Origin: an uncultured virus (IMG/VR IMGVR_UViG_2882072473_000006) | Lineage: Duplodnaviria > Heunggongvirae > Uroviricota > Caudoviricetes | Reading direction: 5' to 3' (one strand) | Length of the DNA stretch: 64,000 nt | IMG/VR virus record: IMGVR_UViG_2882072473_000006 | Shown: positions 36,992-45,554 of the stretch, in pieces | Position numbering within the stretch: position 1 is the stretch's first letter | How the letters are laid out: each line of letters starts with the position of its first letter | The notes under the pieces: generated by a model | Seen by the model: only the letters and a program-made list of their open reading frames with translations | Database searches by the model: none | Told to the model about the DNA's origin: nothing | Position numbers and translations under genes: made by a program

Positions 36992-37042
36992 CTCATGATT
37001 TAACGAGCATTAGTCTGAACCGGAAGGTGAAAAGGAGTTCGC

Positions 37043-37201
37043 ATGGTTAAAAAGTATGACAAAGTCCGCCTGAAGGACGGAAGGACAGCAACCATTGTCG
37101 AGGTCTTGGAGGAAGGCGTTGCCTATCTGGCCGATATTGACTTACCCGGTCCTGATTGGGATACGGAGGAGATTCGCCAGGAAGACATCGAAGAGGATTG
37201 A
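37043..37201 (+). CDS. 52-aa protein, possible orphan immunity
   Basis: AAAGGAG RBS; MVKKYDKVRLKDGRTATIVEV... Confidence 0.6.
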   Translation: MVKKYDKVRLKDGRTATIVEVLEEGVAYLADIDLPGPDWDTEEIRQEDIEED

Positions 37202-37213
37202 TATTTGAACGCT

Positions 37214-37372
37214 ATGAAAGTACGCTGGAAAGGCGAAACCGAGTTCCTGATGCTTACACACGATAAAGTTTATACCGTTCTTGGCATGGAAAAGGGTTGG
37301 TATAGGCTGGTCGACGACAGCGGTGAAGATTATCTGTACCCTCCTGAGAACTTCGAGATCGTGGAAGAGTAA
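37214..37372 (+). CDS. 52-aa protein, possible orphan immunity
   Basis: MKVRWKG...WYRLVDDSGEDYLYPPENFEIV. Confidence 0.62.
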   Translation: MKVRWKGETEFLMLTHDKVYTVLGMEKGWYRLVDDSGEDYLYPPENFEIVEE

Positions 37373-37423
37373 TTATATTTATGAGCCTTTAGAGTTCTAA
37401 GCCCACAGGAAAGGAGAAAAACT

Positions 37424-38626
37424 GTGATAACAATTCAAGGGCAATACAACACTGCTATTTGCTACACCAATGAGCTGGAAGGAGCGGCTCGGGAGCAGAT
37501 TCAAGCTGTTTGTGACCGGCCTGAGTTTGCAGGCTGTAAAATCCGCATTATGCCCGATGTCCATGCGGGTAAAGGCTGTACCATCGGCACCACTATGACC
37601 ATTCAGGACAAGATCGTCCCCGGTATGGTAGGCGTGGATATTGGCTGTGGTATGGAAACTGTGGAACTGGCCGAACGCGAGATTGACTTCGCCAAGCTGG
37701 ATGCGCTGATTCGGGAGAAGATTCCCTACGGCCGAGAAATCCGCGATATTCCCCATCCTCTCAATTCGGAAATCGACTTGACCCAGCTCCGTTGTGCCGA
37801 CCAGGTCAATCTTGACCGAGCAGTTCACAGCATCGGCTCTTTGGGAGGCGGTAACCACTTTATTGAGGTAGACCAAGCCGGGGACGGGCGGCTGTTTCTC
37901 GTGATTCACTCCGGGAGCCGACATCTCGGAACGGAAGTGGCCGACTATTATCAAAACGAAGGCCGCCTGGCACTCTGGGGCGGAGCCCGTCATCAGATTC
38001 AGGAGACCATTGCCCAGTTGAAAGCGGAGGGGCGTTTCCAGGAAATTCAGAAGACCATTACGGCGCTGAAGAAAGAGCACGTGTTGGATATTCCGAAAGA
38101 CCTGGCCTATGTGGAGGGTAAGTTGTTCGACGACTACATCCACGACATGAAGTTGACCCAGCGCTTCGCCGTTCTGAACCGAAAAGCTATGGCGGACATC
38201 ATCGTGTCCGGGATGGGATTCACGATTACGGACGAATTCACCACCATCCATAATTATATTGATACGGACGCCATGATCCTTCGCAAAGGCTCCGTTTCTG
38301 CCAAAGCTGGCGAAAAGCTGCTCATCCCCATCAACATGCGTGACGGAAGCCTGATCTGCATTGGCAAGGGAAATGAAGAGTGGAACTGCTCCGCTCCGCA
38401 TGGCGCGGGAAGACTGATGAGCCGGCGAGCTGCGCTCAATACGTTGTCTATGGAAACCTTCCGGTCGGAAATGGAAGGCATCTATACGACCTGTGTGGTG
38501 CCGGATACGTTGGACGAATCTCCCATGGCGTATAAGGGCATGGATGAGATTATCGCACAAATCGGCCCCACAGCGGACATTGTGGAGCGTATTCGCCCGG
38601 TCTACAACTTCAAAGCCTCGGATTAA
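37424..38626 (+). CDS. rtcB: RtcB family RNA ligase
   Basis: MPDVH.G, VGVDIGCG, GGGNHFIE, HSGSR, HNY, HGAGR..SR, DESP.AYK. Confidence 0.95.
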   Translation: MITIQGQYNTAICYTNELEGAAREQIQAVCDRPEFAGCKIRIMPDVHAGKGCTIGTTMTIQDKIVPGMVGVDIGCGMETVELAEREIDFAKLDALIREKIPYGREIRDIPHPLNSEIDLTQLRCADQVNLDRAVHSIGSLGGGNHFIEVDQAGDGRLFLVIHSGSRHLGTEVADYYQNEGRLALWGGARHQIQETIAQLKAEGRFQEIQKTITALKKEHVLDIPKDLAYVEGKLFDDYIHDMKLTQRFAVLNRKAMADIIVSGMGFTITDEFTTIHNYIDTDAMILRKGSVSAKAGEKLLIPINMRDGSLICIGKGNEEWNCSAPHGAGRLMSRRAALNTLSMETFRSEMEGIYTTCVVPDTLDESPMAYKGMDEIIAQIGPTADIVERIRPVYNFKASD

Positions 38627-38704
38627 ACAAAATACGAAAAAAAAGAATGCCTCGAATTGTGTAACAGCAGTTCGGGGCATTTATATTTTCTGGAAAGGAG
38701 CGAC

Positions 38705-38929
38705 ATGAAAGGGATTTATCAGAGTGTGCCCGACTGCATCGCTTGTATGAATTTGGGGTGGGCTCCCGAAGGAGCCTGTTCGGGATGCCTCAGATTGGCA
38801 AAAGAGCGCGCCGAAGAGGTTGATATTTTACAGCTCGGCGTTGGTCTCTTCGCAGACAAGGCCGTTATCAAGAAAACGAACGGAGCACTGGCAACCGTTC
38901 CGATGAGTGAACTCACCATTATCGATTGA
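38705..38929 (+). CDS. Small hypothetical protein
   Basis: GAAAGGAG RBS. Confidence 0.62.
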   Translation: MKGIYQSVPDCIACMNLGWAPEGACSGCLRLAKERAEEVDILQLGVGLFADKAVIKKTNGALATVPMSELTIID

Positions 38930-38952
38930 TATTTTGAAAAGGAGAAAACACC

Positions 38953-39999
38953 ATGAACGAAATGAATGCAAATGCGGTCGAAACCAAGGAACCCGAGAAC
39001 GCTACGGCATCTACCCCTCCGAAGATCATTGCCGTGGACTTCGACGGCTGTCTTGCGGTCAACAAGTGGCCGGAGGTGGGAGAGCCCATCTGGAAGAACA
39101 TCAATCGGCTGAAAGAGGAGCAGGCCAACGGTACCAAGGTCATCCTCTGGACCAACCGTGTCGGCGAGCCCCTGGAGAAGGCTGTGGGCTTCTGCAAGGA
39201 GCATGATATTCACTTGGACGCAGTCAACGAGAACCTGCCTGAGATCGTCGAGGCCTTTGGCGGGGACTGCCGGAAGGTCTTTGCCAATGAGTATTGGGAT
39301 GACCGGGCGGTGCTGATGGACGAAGAGGAAAACCGCTGGGCCTCTCAGGAGGTCGAGATGGCCTGTCAGCGGGAAAAAGAGGCTTCGGAGGATACGGATG
39401 ACTGGGCCTATGGCGTGGCCTGCTACAAGAGCGCTCTGAGGGCCTACGAGTGCCTTTACAGGGATGGTCACAGCGGTTTCAGCATCCAGATCACCAAGAG
39501 CATTCTGAACCGTCTGATTGACGGCAAGTGCCTGACGCCCATTGAGGACACTCCTGATATTTGGAGCGACATCACCGGTGAGTGCAACTGGAAAGAAGGA
39601 TATCAGGAGTACCAGTGCAAGCGCATGTCCTCCCTGTTCAAGGAGGTTGCTCCGGATGGCACAGCCACCTATTCCGATGCCGAACGGGTCTGCGGCATAA
39701 ACATCAATGCTCCGAATGCGGCCTTTAGCAATGGCTTCATGACCCGGCTCGTGGATAAGATCTTCCCCATCACCATGCCCTATCTGCCTGCCGGCAAGAA
39801 GTATCGCGTGTTTTCGGAGGACTTCCTGGTCGATCCTAAGAACGGCGACTACGATACGGTTGGCTACCATTATATTCTTACGCCCGATGACAAGAAGGTG
39901 GAGCTTAACCGCTACTTCAAGGAAGAGGACGGAAAGATGGTCCAGATTGAAAAGGCCGAGTATGAGGAGCGGAAGGCGAAGCGGGTGACCAAGAAATGA
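38953..39999 (+). CDS. HAD-like phosphatase domain fused to an unknown domain
   Basis: IIAVDFDG, ILWT.R, RK..A..Y.DDR. Confidence 0.78.
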   Translation: MNEMNANAVETKEPENATASTPPKIIAVDFDGCLAVNKWPEVGEPIWKNINRLKEEQANGTKVILWTNRVGEPLEKAVGFCKEHDIHLDAVNENLPEIVEAFGGDCRKVFANEYWDDRAVLMDEEENRWASQEVEMACQREKEASEDTDDWAYGVACYKSALRAYECLYRDGHSGFSIQITKSILNRLIDGKCLTPIEDTPDIWSDITGECNWKEGYQEYQCKRMSSLFKEVAPDGTATYSDAERVCGININAPNAAFSNGFMTRLVDKIFPITMPYLPAGKKYRVFSEDFLVDPKNGDYDTVGYHYILTPDDKKVELNRYFKEEDGKMVQIEKAEYEERKAKRVTKK

Positions 40000-40102
40000 A
40001 AAATGGTTGGGATGATATTCTAAGGTTCATCTTCAACTCGGTCGCTGTTCTGGCCATCCTCGGCGTTCTATTCCTTGTAAAACTTCTGTTCGACTTTTTG
40101 AG

Positions 40103-40288
40103 GTGGATTATATGAAAAATTTCGACACTGTGCTGGTAGGATTCGACCACAGCCACGGCGACCCTGCGGTATTGATCGTTGGGAGAAAAGCTCCGGGCGA
40201 TAATGTCCGGATTATCAATCAGTTCCAAGGCAAAGAGGCGGAAGAGCTGTACCGGAAACTGGTCGGAGAGGAGGATAAAAATGATTGA
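40103..40288 (+). CDS. Small hypothetical protein
   Basis: Operonic ORF; exact start uncertain. Confidence 0.6.
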   Translation: MDYMKNFDTVLVGFDHSHGDPAVLIVGRKAPGDNVRIINQFQGKEAEELYRKLVGEEDKND

Positions 40289-40607
40289 GAAAAGACTGGG
40301 TAAAATTGACTTTGTCGAGTTTGGTAGTATGAAAGATTACCCGTTTCAGCTGGGGCTCCAACTCGGTTTCTCGATGTCTGGCAGTGGCGTCATGGATGGT
40401 GGCAAATACACTGTAAACATGTCTCCAGACTGCCACTGGGAAATTGGAACTCGTCATACCAATCTTGCGGAATCCCTCGACCGCGTGGCAAAAATCCTCA
40501 ATGATGCGAAGGTGAATTATATTTCCGAGCTGTTGGGGAAGCCCGTTGAAGTAACTTTGGAAGATGGTATGTTCAAGGAATTCCGGATTCTTACGGAGGT
40601 CCTTTGA
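40281..40607 (+). CDS. Hypothetical protein
   Basis: GAGGAGG RBS. Confidence 0.72.
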   Translation: MIEKRLGKIDFVEFGSMKDYPFQLGLQLGFSMSGSGVMDGGKYTVNMSPDCHWEIGTRHTNLAESLDRVAKILNDAKVNYISELLGKPVEVTLEDGMFKEFRILTEVL

Positions 40608-40626
40608 TATTTTGAAGGGAGGACAC

Positions 40627-40923
40627 ATGAAACGCATTTACGTTGGCACACTCTTGTGCATTATTTTGTCGTTGGGACTTTTGACCGGATGTGACCAAGG
40701 CGTCGCTCGCTCTCTCGGTGGCGATATGACATTAGAACTTGAACCCGGGCAAAAACTGGAGATGATCACTTGGAAAGAGGATTCCTTGTGGTATTTGACC
40801 AGACCCATGCGGGATGACGAGGAGCCTGAAACCCACACGTTTCAGCAATCGTCTGAATTCGGCGTGTTTGAGGGGACCGTAACCATCGTCGAATCTGTTG
40901 TCGAAGGAGAAAACGCATCATGA
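40627..40923 (+). CDS. Lipoprotein
   Basis: Signal peptide with LTGC lipobox. Confidence 0.75.
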   Translation: MKRIYVGTLLCIILSLGLLTGCDQGVARSLGGDMTLELEPGQKLEMITWKEDSLWYLTRPMRDDEEPETHTFQQSSEFGVFEGTVTIVESVVEGENAS

Positions 40924-41450
40924 CTATTTATGTTTCAGGAAGACAATCGGGCAAAACCACATTTCTGATTCGGCAATCCGCAGATACAGGCGCGGTCATT
41001 GTGGCGCCGACCTGCCAGATGGCGAGATACATCGATAGTATGGCTCGCGACCTTGGTTTGCAGATTCCTCCGCCCGTTACTGTCGCCGATTGGATTCGAG
41101 GCCTGGTTCGTCAGCCTAAAGACCATGACAAAACCTACCTGGTGGATGAGCTGCAAATGGCTCTACATCAACTGAATGTCAAAGCGGCAACGATTGATAG
41201 AAATTATGAGGAGATGGTTCGTATGTTTGGAGTAAAGGAAACCTGCTGCACCAGATGCAGCCATAGGGACGTGTGCCAGTACAAGTCGGAGTATCTGGCG
41301 GCACAAACTGCTGTGGATGAGGTGAGCGTCCGCCGGCCCTCGAAGGATGACGAGTCTATCAGGAGCATTCGCCTGCATGATATTCCCTGGATCGAGCCGG
41401 TGGAGCTGAAATGCAGGTACTTTCATCAGAACACAGGAGCAGTTCGATAA
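40920..41450 (+). CDS. P-loop-containing protein
   Basis: GRQSGKTT and LVDE. Confidence 0.68.
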   Translation: MTIYVSGRQSGKTTFLIRQSADTGAVIVAPTCQMARYIDSMARDLGLQIPPPVTVADWIRGLVRQPKDHDKTYLVDELQMALHQLNVKAATIDRNYEEMVRMFGVKETCCTRCSHRDVCQYKSEYLAAQTAVDEVSVRRPSKDDESIRSIRLHDIPWIEPVELKCRYFHQNTGAVR

Positions 41451-41473
41451 GCTGAATTTGGGAGGAAGACCCG

Positions 41474-41725
41474 ATGCTTGAGAAAACACTGATTGATCTT
41501 GCACATCGTCATTTTAAGATTATGTGGCGATATGAAGCGATGACCAACTCTATCATTATCCACGTGGAAAAACAATATGGTCAACAACGATATCAACAAA
41601 ATTACCGAATCACGTTTGAAGAGATCGGCTGTTCCGGTGGATTTGAGTTGTCTATGATCGTGCTTCTTAATCGCATGGCCGATACAATAAACCGGGCGAT
41701 CGAAGCAACGGACGATTCGGTTTGA
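41474..41725 (+). CDS. Hypothetical protein
   Basis: GGAGG RBS. Confidence 0.65.
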   Translation: MLEKTLIDLAHRHFKIMWRYEAMTNSIIIHVEKQYGQQRYQQNYRITFEEIGCSGGFELSMIVLLNRMADTINRAIEATDDSV

Positions 41726-41749
41726 TATTTTGAAAGGAGAAGCCAATTT

Positions 41750-42124
41750 ATGAACAAAAAAGTGATGCGCCATAAGGCGATCTGCGACGAGTTGAACAGC
41801 TTGTACGAAAGGAAGAACCATGACTACGGCGACAGCTTCCATCAGACCTTTGTAGAGGAGGGGCTGGCTATGACCCGTATCCGGTTGGGGGACAAGTTCT
41901 CCCGGTTTAAGACCCTCTCCCGCCTCTCTGCAAATGACGCCGGTCAGCAGCAGGTTACGGACGAATCCATTCGGGACACCCTGATGGATCTGGCCAACTA
42001 CGCCATCATGACCATTCTGGAGATGGATGAGGAGAAAGGGATGGAAACGCCCGATCCCAATGCTGCCTCTATGGCGATTGGTGCTTGCTCAGCCCGCAGT
42101 GATATTCGGGCCGGTCTTCGCTGA
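41750..42124 (+). CDS. Nucleotide-modification-associated (DUF1599-like) protein
   Basis: KNHDYGDSF...R..DK..R...DESI.DTL.DLANYAI. Confidence 0.78.
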   Translation: MNKKVMRHKAICDELNSLYERKNHDYGDSFHQTFVEEGLAMTRIRLGDKFSRFKTLSRLSANDAGQQQVTDESIRDTLMDLANYAIMTILEMDEEKGMETPDPNAASMAIGACSARSDIRAGLR

Positions 42125-42150
42125 AACCAACGGAATGATGGGAGACAGCT

Positions 42151-42489
42151 ATGCAGGTCAAGAAAGCCGGAGGAAAGGTGTACGGGGCCGTACTTACCGC
42201 AGCGGAGAAGAAAGCCATGGACTTGGAGATCCAGCGGGAGCTGGCAGAGTACGACCGAAAGCATATCGCCGAGATCGACGCGACTATTTTATGGGTGCTG
42301 CATGAGCAATTCGGGTTCGGGGCTCAGCGGCTCCGAACTTATTACGACGCCTTCCACGACCGTATCAAAGAATTGGTCAGCCGCTATGAGATGGAGGACC
42401 AGGATGATATTTGGCTCTGCACTCAGATGCTGAAGAGAATCGGCGTCGATGTGGAGGCGTGGCACAAGGAGAGTGAGCATGGGACTTGA
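42151..42489 (+). CDS. Hypothetical protein
   Basis: LH..FGFG..RL pattern; operonic. Confidence 0.75.
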   Translation: MQVKKAGGKVYGAVLTAAEKKAMDLEIQRELAEYDRKHIAEIDATILWVLHEQFGFGAQRLRTYYDAFHDRIKELVSRYEMEDQDDIWLCTQMLKRIGVDVEAWHKESEHGT

Positions 42490-42775
42490 TGATTTTGGAA
42501 GAACAGTACGGAACATCCGCTTAGTCAGGGCGCTCCTGCTCTATGACATGGCAAAGGACCTTGATATTTCACCGGCTGAGCTGTCTGCCATCGAGTGCGG
42601 GAGAAAACCTGTTCCCGATTGGTTCGTCTCCAAGCTGCAAGAAAAATACGGCATCAGCGACATGCACGCTCAATCGCTTATCAAATTTATGAAGGAACGG
42701 GGTGACAGTGATTGTCCTGGAACGACCGAAAAAACGCAGAGGGATATTCTGACCCGACCGCCTATCAGGCCCTGA
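42479..42775 (+). CDS. XRE-family HTH protein
   Basis: FG..VR.IR.....L.DMAK.L.IS.A.LS.IE.G. Confidence 0.75.
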   Translation: MGLDDFGRTVRNIRLVRALLLYDMAKDLDISPAELSAIECGRKPVPDWFVSKLQEKYGISDMHAQSLIKFMKERGDSDCPGTTEKTQRDILTRPPIRP

Positions 42776-42909
42776 AGAACATTGAGACCGAGGAGGAACG
42801 GTTCCACAAGCTGCTCCATATGATCTTTGATATTTGCGCTTTGTCGGACTTCGAGATCGAGGGGCGGATCGTTCTTGTGGATAAGCGTTCCGGAAAGGTT
42901 TGGAGGTGA
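42712..42909 (+). CDS. Small hypothetical protein
   Basis: KN.EGY.DPTAY.AL pattern. Confidence 0.65.
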   Translation: MSWNDRKNAEGYSDPTAYQALKNIETEEERFHKLLHMIFDICALSDFEIEGRIVLVDKRSGKVWR

Positions 42910-42914
42910 GTGGA

Positions 42915-43130
42915 ATGGGTCTATCAAGATTGGCGAAGAAATGCCAAGCGTGTCCGTACGTATCCACCTGCGACCATAAGCGAATGGAGGCGCTTGGATA
43001 TTTACCACTGCCGGAAGCAAATGTTGAAGTGAAGGTAGATTTGTCAGCCACACCAACAGCGGAACTGGTTGATCAGTTGAGTCGAGCCGTACAGATTCCA
43101 AAACACGCATTACGTGGAGGTCGAGTATGA
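42915..43130 (+). CDS. Small hypothetical protein
   Basis: GGAGGTG RBS. Confidence 0.62.
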   Translation: MGLSRLAKKCQACPYVSTCDHKRMEALGYLPLPEANVEVKVDLSATPTAELVDQLSRAVQIPKHALRGGRV

Positions 43131-43396
43131 CACTTGAACAGACTTTGGAAACGGTCGCCAAGATACAGAAGGCCTGGGACGCCTTGGCTCTATCGATATC
43201 GGATGCGGCCGAAGCATTTGCAAAGATGTGGGAGGAGGTCTTCTCCAGCCCTGATATTTGGCCCGGACGGAAGTCTGTCCCGCCGAAAAAGTACGGCATG
43301 TCTCTGCTCAAAAAGCGTCCGTACCAGGCGTTTCCGGCTTATCATTACCACCCCATTGCCCCTCGAAACAGGCCTTACCAGCGGCGTTCCTATTGA
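43127..43396 (+). CDS. Hypothetical protein
   Basis: GGAGG RBS; coupled. Confidence 0.65.
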   Translation: MTLEQTLETVAKIQKAWDALALSISDAAEAFAKMWEEVFSSPDIWPGRKSVPPKKYGMSLLKKRPYQAFPAYHYHPIAPRNRPYQRRSY

Positions 43397-43414
43397 GAAT
43401 GAGGCTGGATATTT

Positions 43415-43450
43415 CTAATCTAAGATAGAAAACAGGCTAACTTAGAATAG
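43415..43450. promoter_or_regulatory. Tandem 14-bp palindromic operator-like sites
   Basis: CTAATCTAAGATAG and CTAACTTAGAATAG. Confidence 0.5.
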
Positions 43451-43529
43451 AATTCGTCCGTACACGGCTTGAAAATCTCTGCCCAGATGGTCAAAAGCTG
43501 CTACTATTACTGTTAGTAGCAGGTCATTT

Positions 43530-43815
43530 TGCTGGCCACTTTTGGTCTGTAAAACTGGCCATTTGCCCACTTTGGGTTCGGATTTTGCGAAAATTTGGAG
43601 GTTGGATAGCCGTGTACGGACGGAAAATTGGTGAAAAACTGGCCATTTGCCCACTTTTTGCCCACTTTTATTTCAAAAGTGGCCAGGCTGAAACCCTTGC
43701 GCCCCAAGGGTTTGCGGGTTTTCTGGCCACTTGCCCACTTTTTTTCTTAATTAAATGCGAAAAAAATATTAAAAATTATATATAAGTGGAAGAAAAAAGT
43801 GGCCAACTGGCCAGC
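43530..43815. repeat. Iteron-like repeat cluster, putative phage replication origin
   Basis: Many (CTGG/TTGC)CCACTTT and inverted AAAGTGG(CCA) copies around an AT-rich tract at about 43740-43800; non-coding. Confidence 0.65.
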
Positions 43816-43922
43816 AAGGGCAAAATAGTGAGTTTTGAGGCTGTTTCGAGCCGTTTTCACAAGATGACGTGACTGCAAAGTTCACTCTTCCATTTCACGA
43901 TGCATTGTGATATACTGAATCC

Positions 43923-44074
43923 GCCACACAATCGTATAAAGAATTATTCGGCTACGGAGAACACATCTTGGCAACAAGTGTCTTCTCTCTATACTCATGC
44001 GCCCGTAGCCGGGTAACGAGATTGTGTGGCAACAATGAGAGATGCGCTTTAGTTGCAGAGTGCGTCTCTTCATT
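43923..44074 (+). ncRNA. Structured leader or ncRNA behind an extended -10 (TGATATACT, 43908-43916)
   Basis: GCCACACAATC/GATTGTGTGGC and nested CGGCTACGG/CCGTAGCCG stems, then a further long hairpin. Confidence 0.5.
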
Positions 44075-44114
44075 GGGGCGCACTCTTTTATTTTGCCCAA
44101 AGGAGGGAAGGTTG

Positions 44115-44696
44115 ATGGGAAGATCTAACAAACCGAATCCTAATATTGGCGGGAAGCTCGGACTTGTCGCCGGAATCGTTAGTGCTGTGACTCCAGTTGC
44201 GATTGAGTTTATAGACCGAATCCCCAGAAAAGACGAAACGGAGCCCTCTGAAGAATTGATATCCATGCCGGAGCTCTGTTCCAAAAAGTTCCCTTTGAAA
44301 CTGGACGAAGCTAAAGAACTTATAGAGGGCCACGGTCTGAAAGCGCTGCCTATCGAAGTTCGCATCAGAGATGCGCATGTTAGATACAAGGATTGTTTTG
44401 ACCTTCAGGTCGTTGCCTGCAATAAAAAGGCCAACTCAAAACTTAAGCCTGGAGAGGTTGTTATTATCCAGTATGTGACTCGTGAGGTAATCGATGAGAG
44501 TCTACGGATATTTGAAGAAGCTGAGCGGCAAAAAGCCACCTTGAAGCAAGAAAGAGCCGATAGGCGGGCCGAGAAATGGGAGCACATAAAAACCCATGCT
44601 GGTGATACTGCCGTCAAAGCAAAGGCCGGCGTTGAGAAGATCATTCGTCGCGACAACAAAAAGAAAGAGCTTGACAAGGAGGATTCTTATGAGTAG
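44115..44696 (+). CDS. Membrane-anchored protein, PASTA-like domain possible
   Basis: AAGGAGG RBS; N-terminal hydrophobic segment; MPEL....LDEAK.L....GL. Confidence 0.68.
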   Translation: MGRSNKPNPNIGGKLGLVAGIVSAVTPVAIEFIDRIPRKDETEPSEELISMPELCSKKFPLKLDEAKELIEGHGLKALPIEVRIRDAHVRYKDCFDLQVVACNKKANSKLKPGEVVIIQYVTREVIDESLRIFEEAERQKATLKQERADRRAEKWEHIKTHAGDTAVKAKAGVEKIIRRDNKKKELDKEDSYE

Positions 44697-44808
44697 TGGA
44701 AAGAAACGCAGCGGCGGCGGATTGCTGCTGGACCTTATCCTGACCATCTGCACGGGAGGTCTTTGGCTGATCTGGATTCTGATTCGGTATCTGCGGAACA
44801 ACAGCTGA
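44689..44808 (+). CDS. 39-aa membrane peptide
   Basis: AGGAGG RBS; LILTICTGGLWLIW; terminator follows. Confidence 0.68.
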   Translation: MSSGKKRSGGGLLLDLILTICTGGLWLIWILIRYLRNNS

Positions 44809-44874
44809 TGGAAAACAAATTGATATTCTGCGTTTAGCCGAGGTGCCTACGGGTGTCTCGGCTGTTTTTGTTTT

Positions 44875-44901
44875 CGCAGGAAAAACCGTCGCCTTTATGA
44901 G
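44875..44901 (+). promoter_or_regulatory. Phage motif copy 20
   Basis: CGCAGGAAAAACCGTCGCCTTTATGAG. Confidence 0.68.
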
Positions 44902-44912
44902 GAGGCGATGTT

Positions 44913-45092
44913 ATGAAACCGAACATGAATGACTCGACCCGACTACTGATAACGTTTACCACTTCGATGGCGGCGGCGATTGGATCATGCGCCGGAGCCA
45001 CGATCTGGCAATCGTTTGGCAAACCAAAGGTCGAGGAGATTGCCGAGAAGAATAGCAAGCCAAAACGGAAAATAGGATTTAGTATCGATTAA
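44913..45092 (+). CDS. 59-aa membrane protein
   Basis: GAGGAGG RBS; GCGGCTC-type terminator follows. Confidence 0.68.
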   Translation: MKPNMNDSTRLLITFTTSMAAAIGSCAGATIWQSFGKPKVEEIAEKNSKPKRKIGFSID

Positions 45093-45161
45093 AGATTAGA
45101 GCCGCCAGCCGCGGCTCTTTTCTTTTTGCCCAAATTGATATTTTAAGGCTGTTTTTCTTTC

Positions 45162-45188
45162 CGCGAAAAAAACAGACTCTTTTATGGA
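45162..45188 (+). promoter_or_regulatory. Phage motif copy 21, heading the nuclease-RNAP operon
   Basis: CGCGAAAAAAACAGACTCTTTTATGGA. Confidence 0.75.
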
Positions 45189-45254
45189 GAGGAGAGAGAT
45201 ATGTCGCGCATATCTTGTTCTTTCTATCACTTTTATCGGAAAGGAGGCCGTTCG

Positions 45255-45554
45255 ATGGCCCGAAGCGCAAGACTGGAAAGCGGTTTTCAAGACCGGCTCA
45301 TCAGCACGCTGAAAGCACGATTCCCTGGCTGCATGATATTTAAGATGGACCAGCGCCAGGGCATTCCCGACCTGTTGATTCTTTACGGCGAGAAATGGGC
45401 CTCCCTTGAATGCAAGAGATCTAACAAAGCCAAGAGACAGCCGAACCAGGAATATTACGTTGGGAAGATGAACGAGATGTCGTTCTCCAGATTCATCTCC
45501 CCGGAGAACAAGGAGGAAGTGTTGGATGAACTTTGTAAAGCATTCCAACCTTGA
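45255..45554 (+). CDS. VRR-NUC-like nuclease
   Basis: LES.FQ...GIPDL...LECK......PNQ. Confidence 0.78.
   Translation: MARSARLESGFQDRLISTLKARFPGCMIFKMDQRQGIPDLLILYGEKWASLECKRSNKAKRQPNQEYYVGKMNEMSFSRFISPENKEEVLDELCKAFQP

Noticed and set aside
39030..39050. DFDG in the 38953 ORF as a second RNAP motif
   Set aside because: Context IIAVDFDGCL is HAD motif I, not DxDGD
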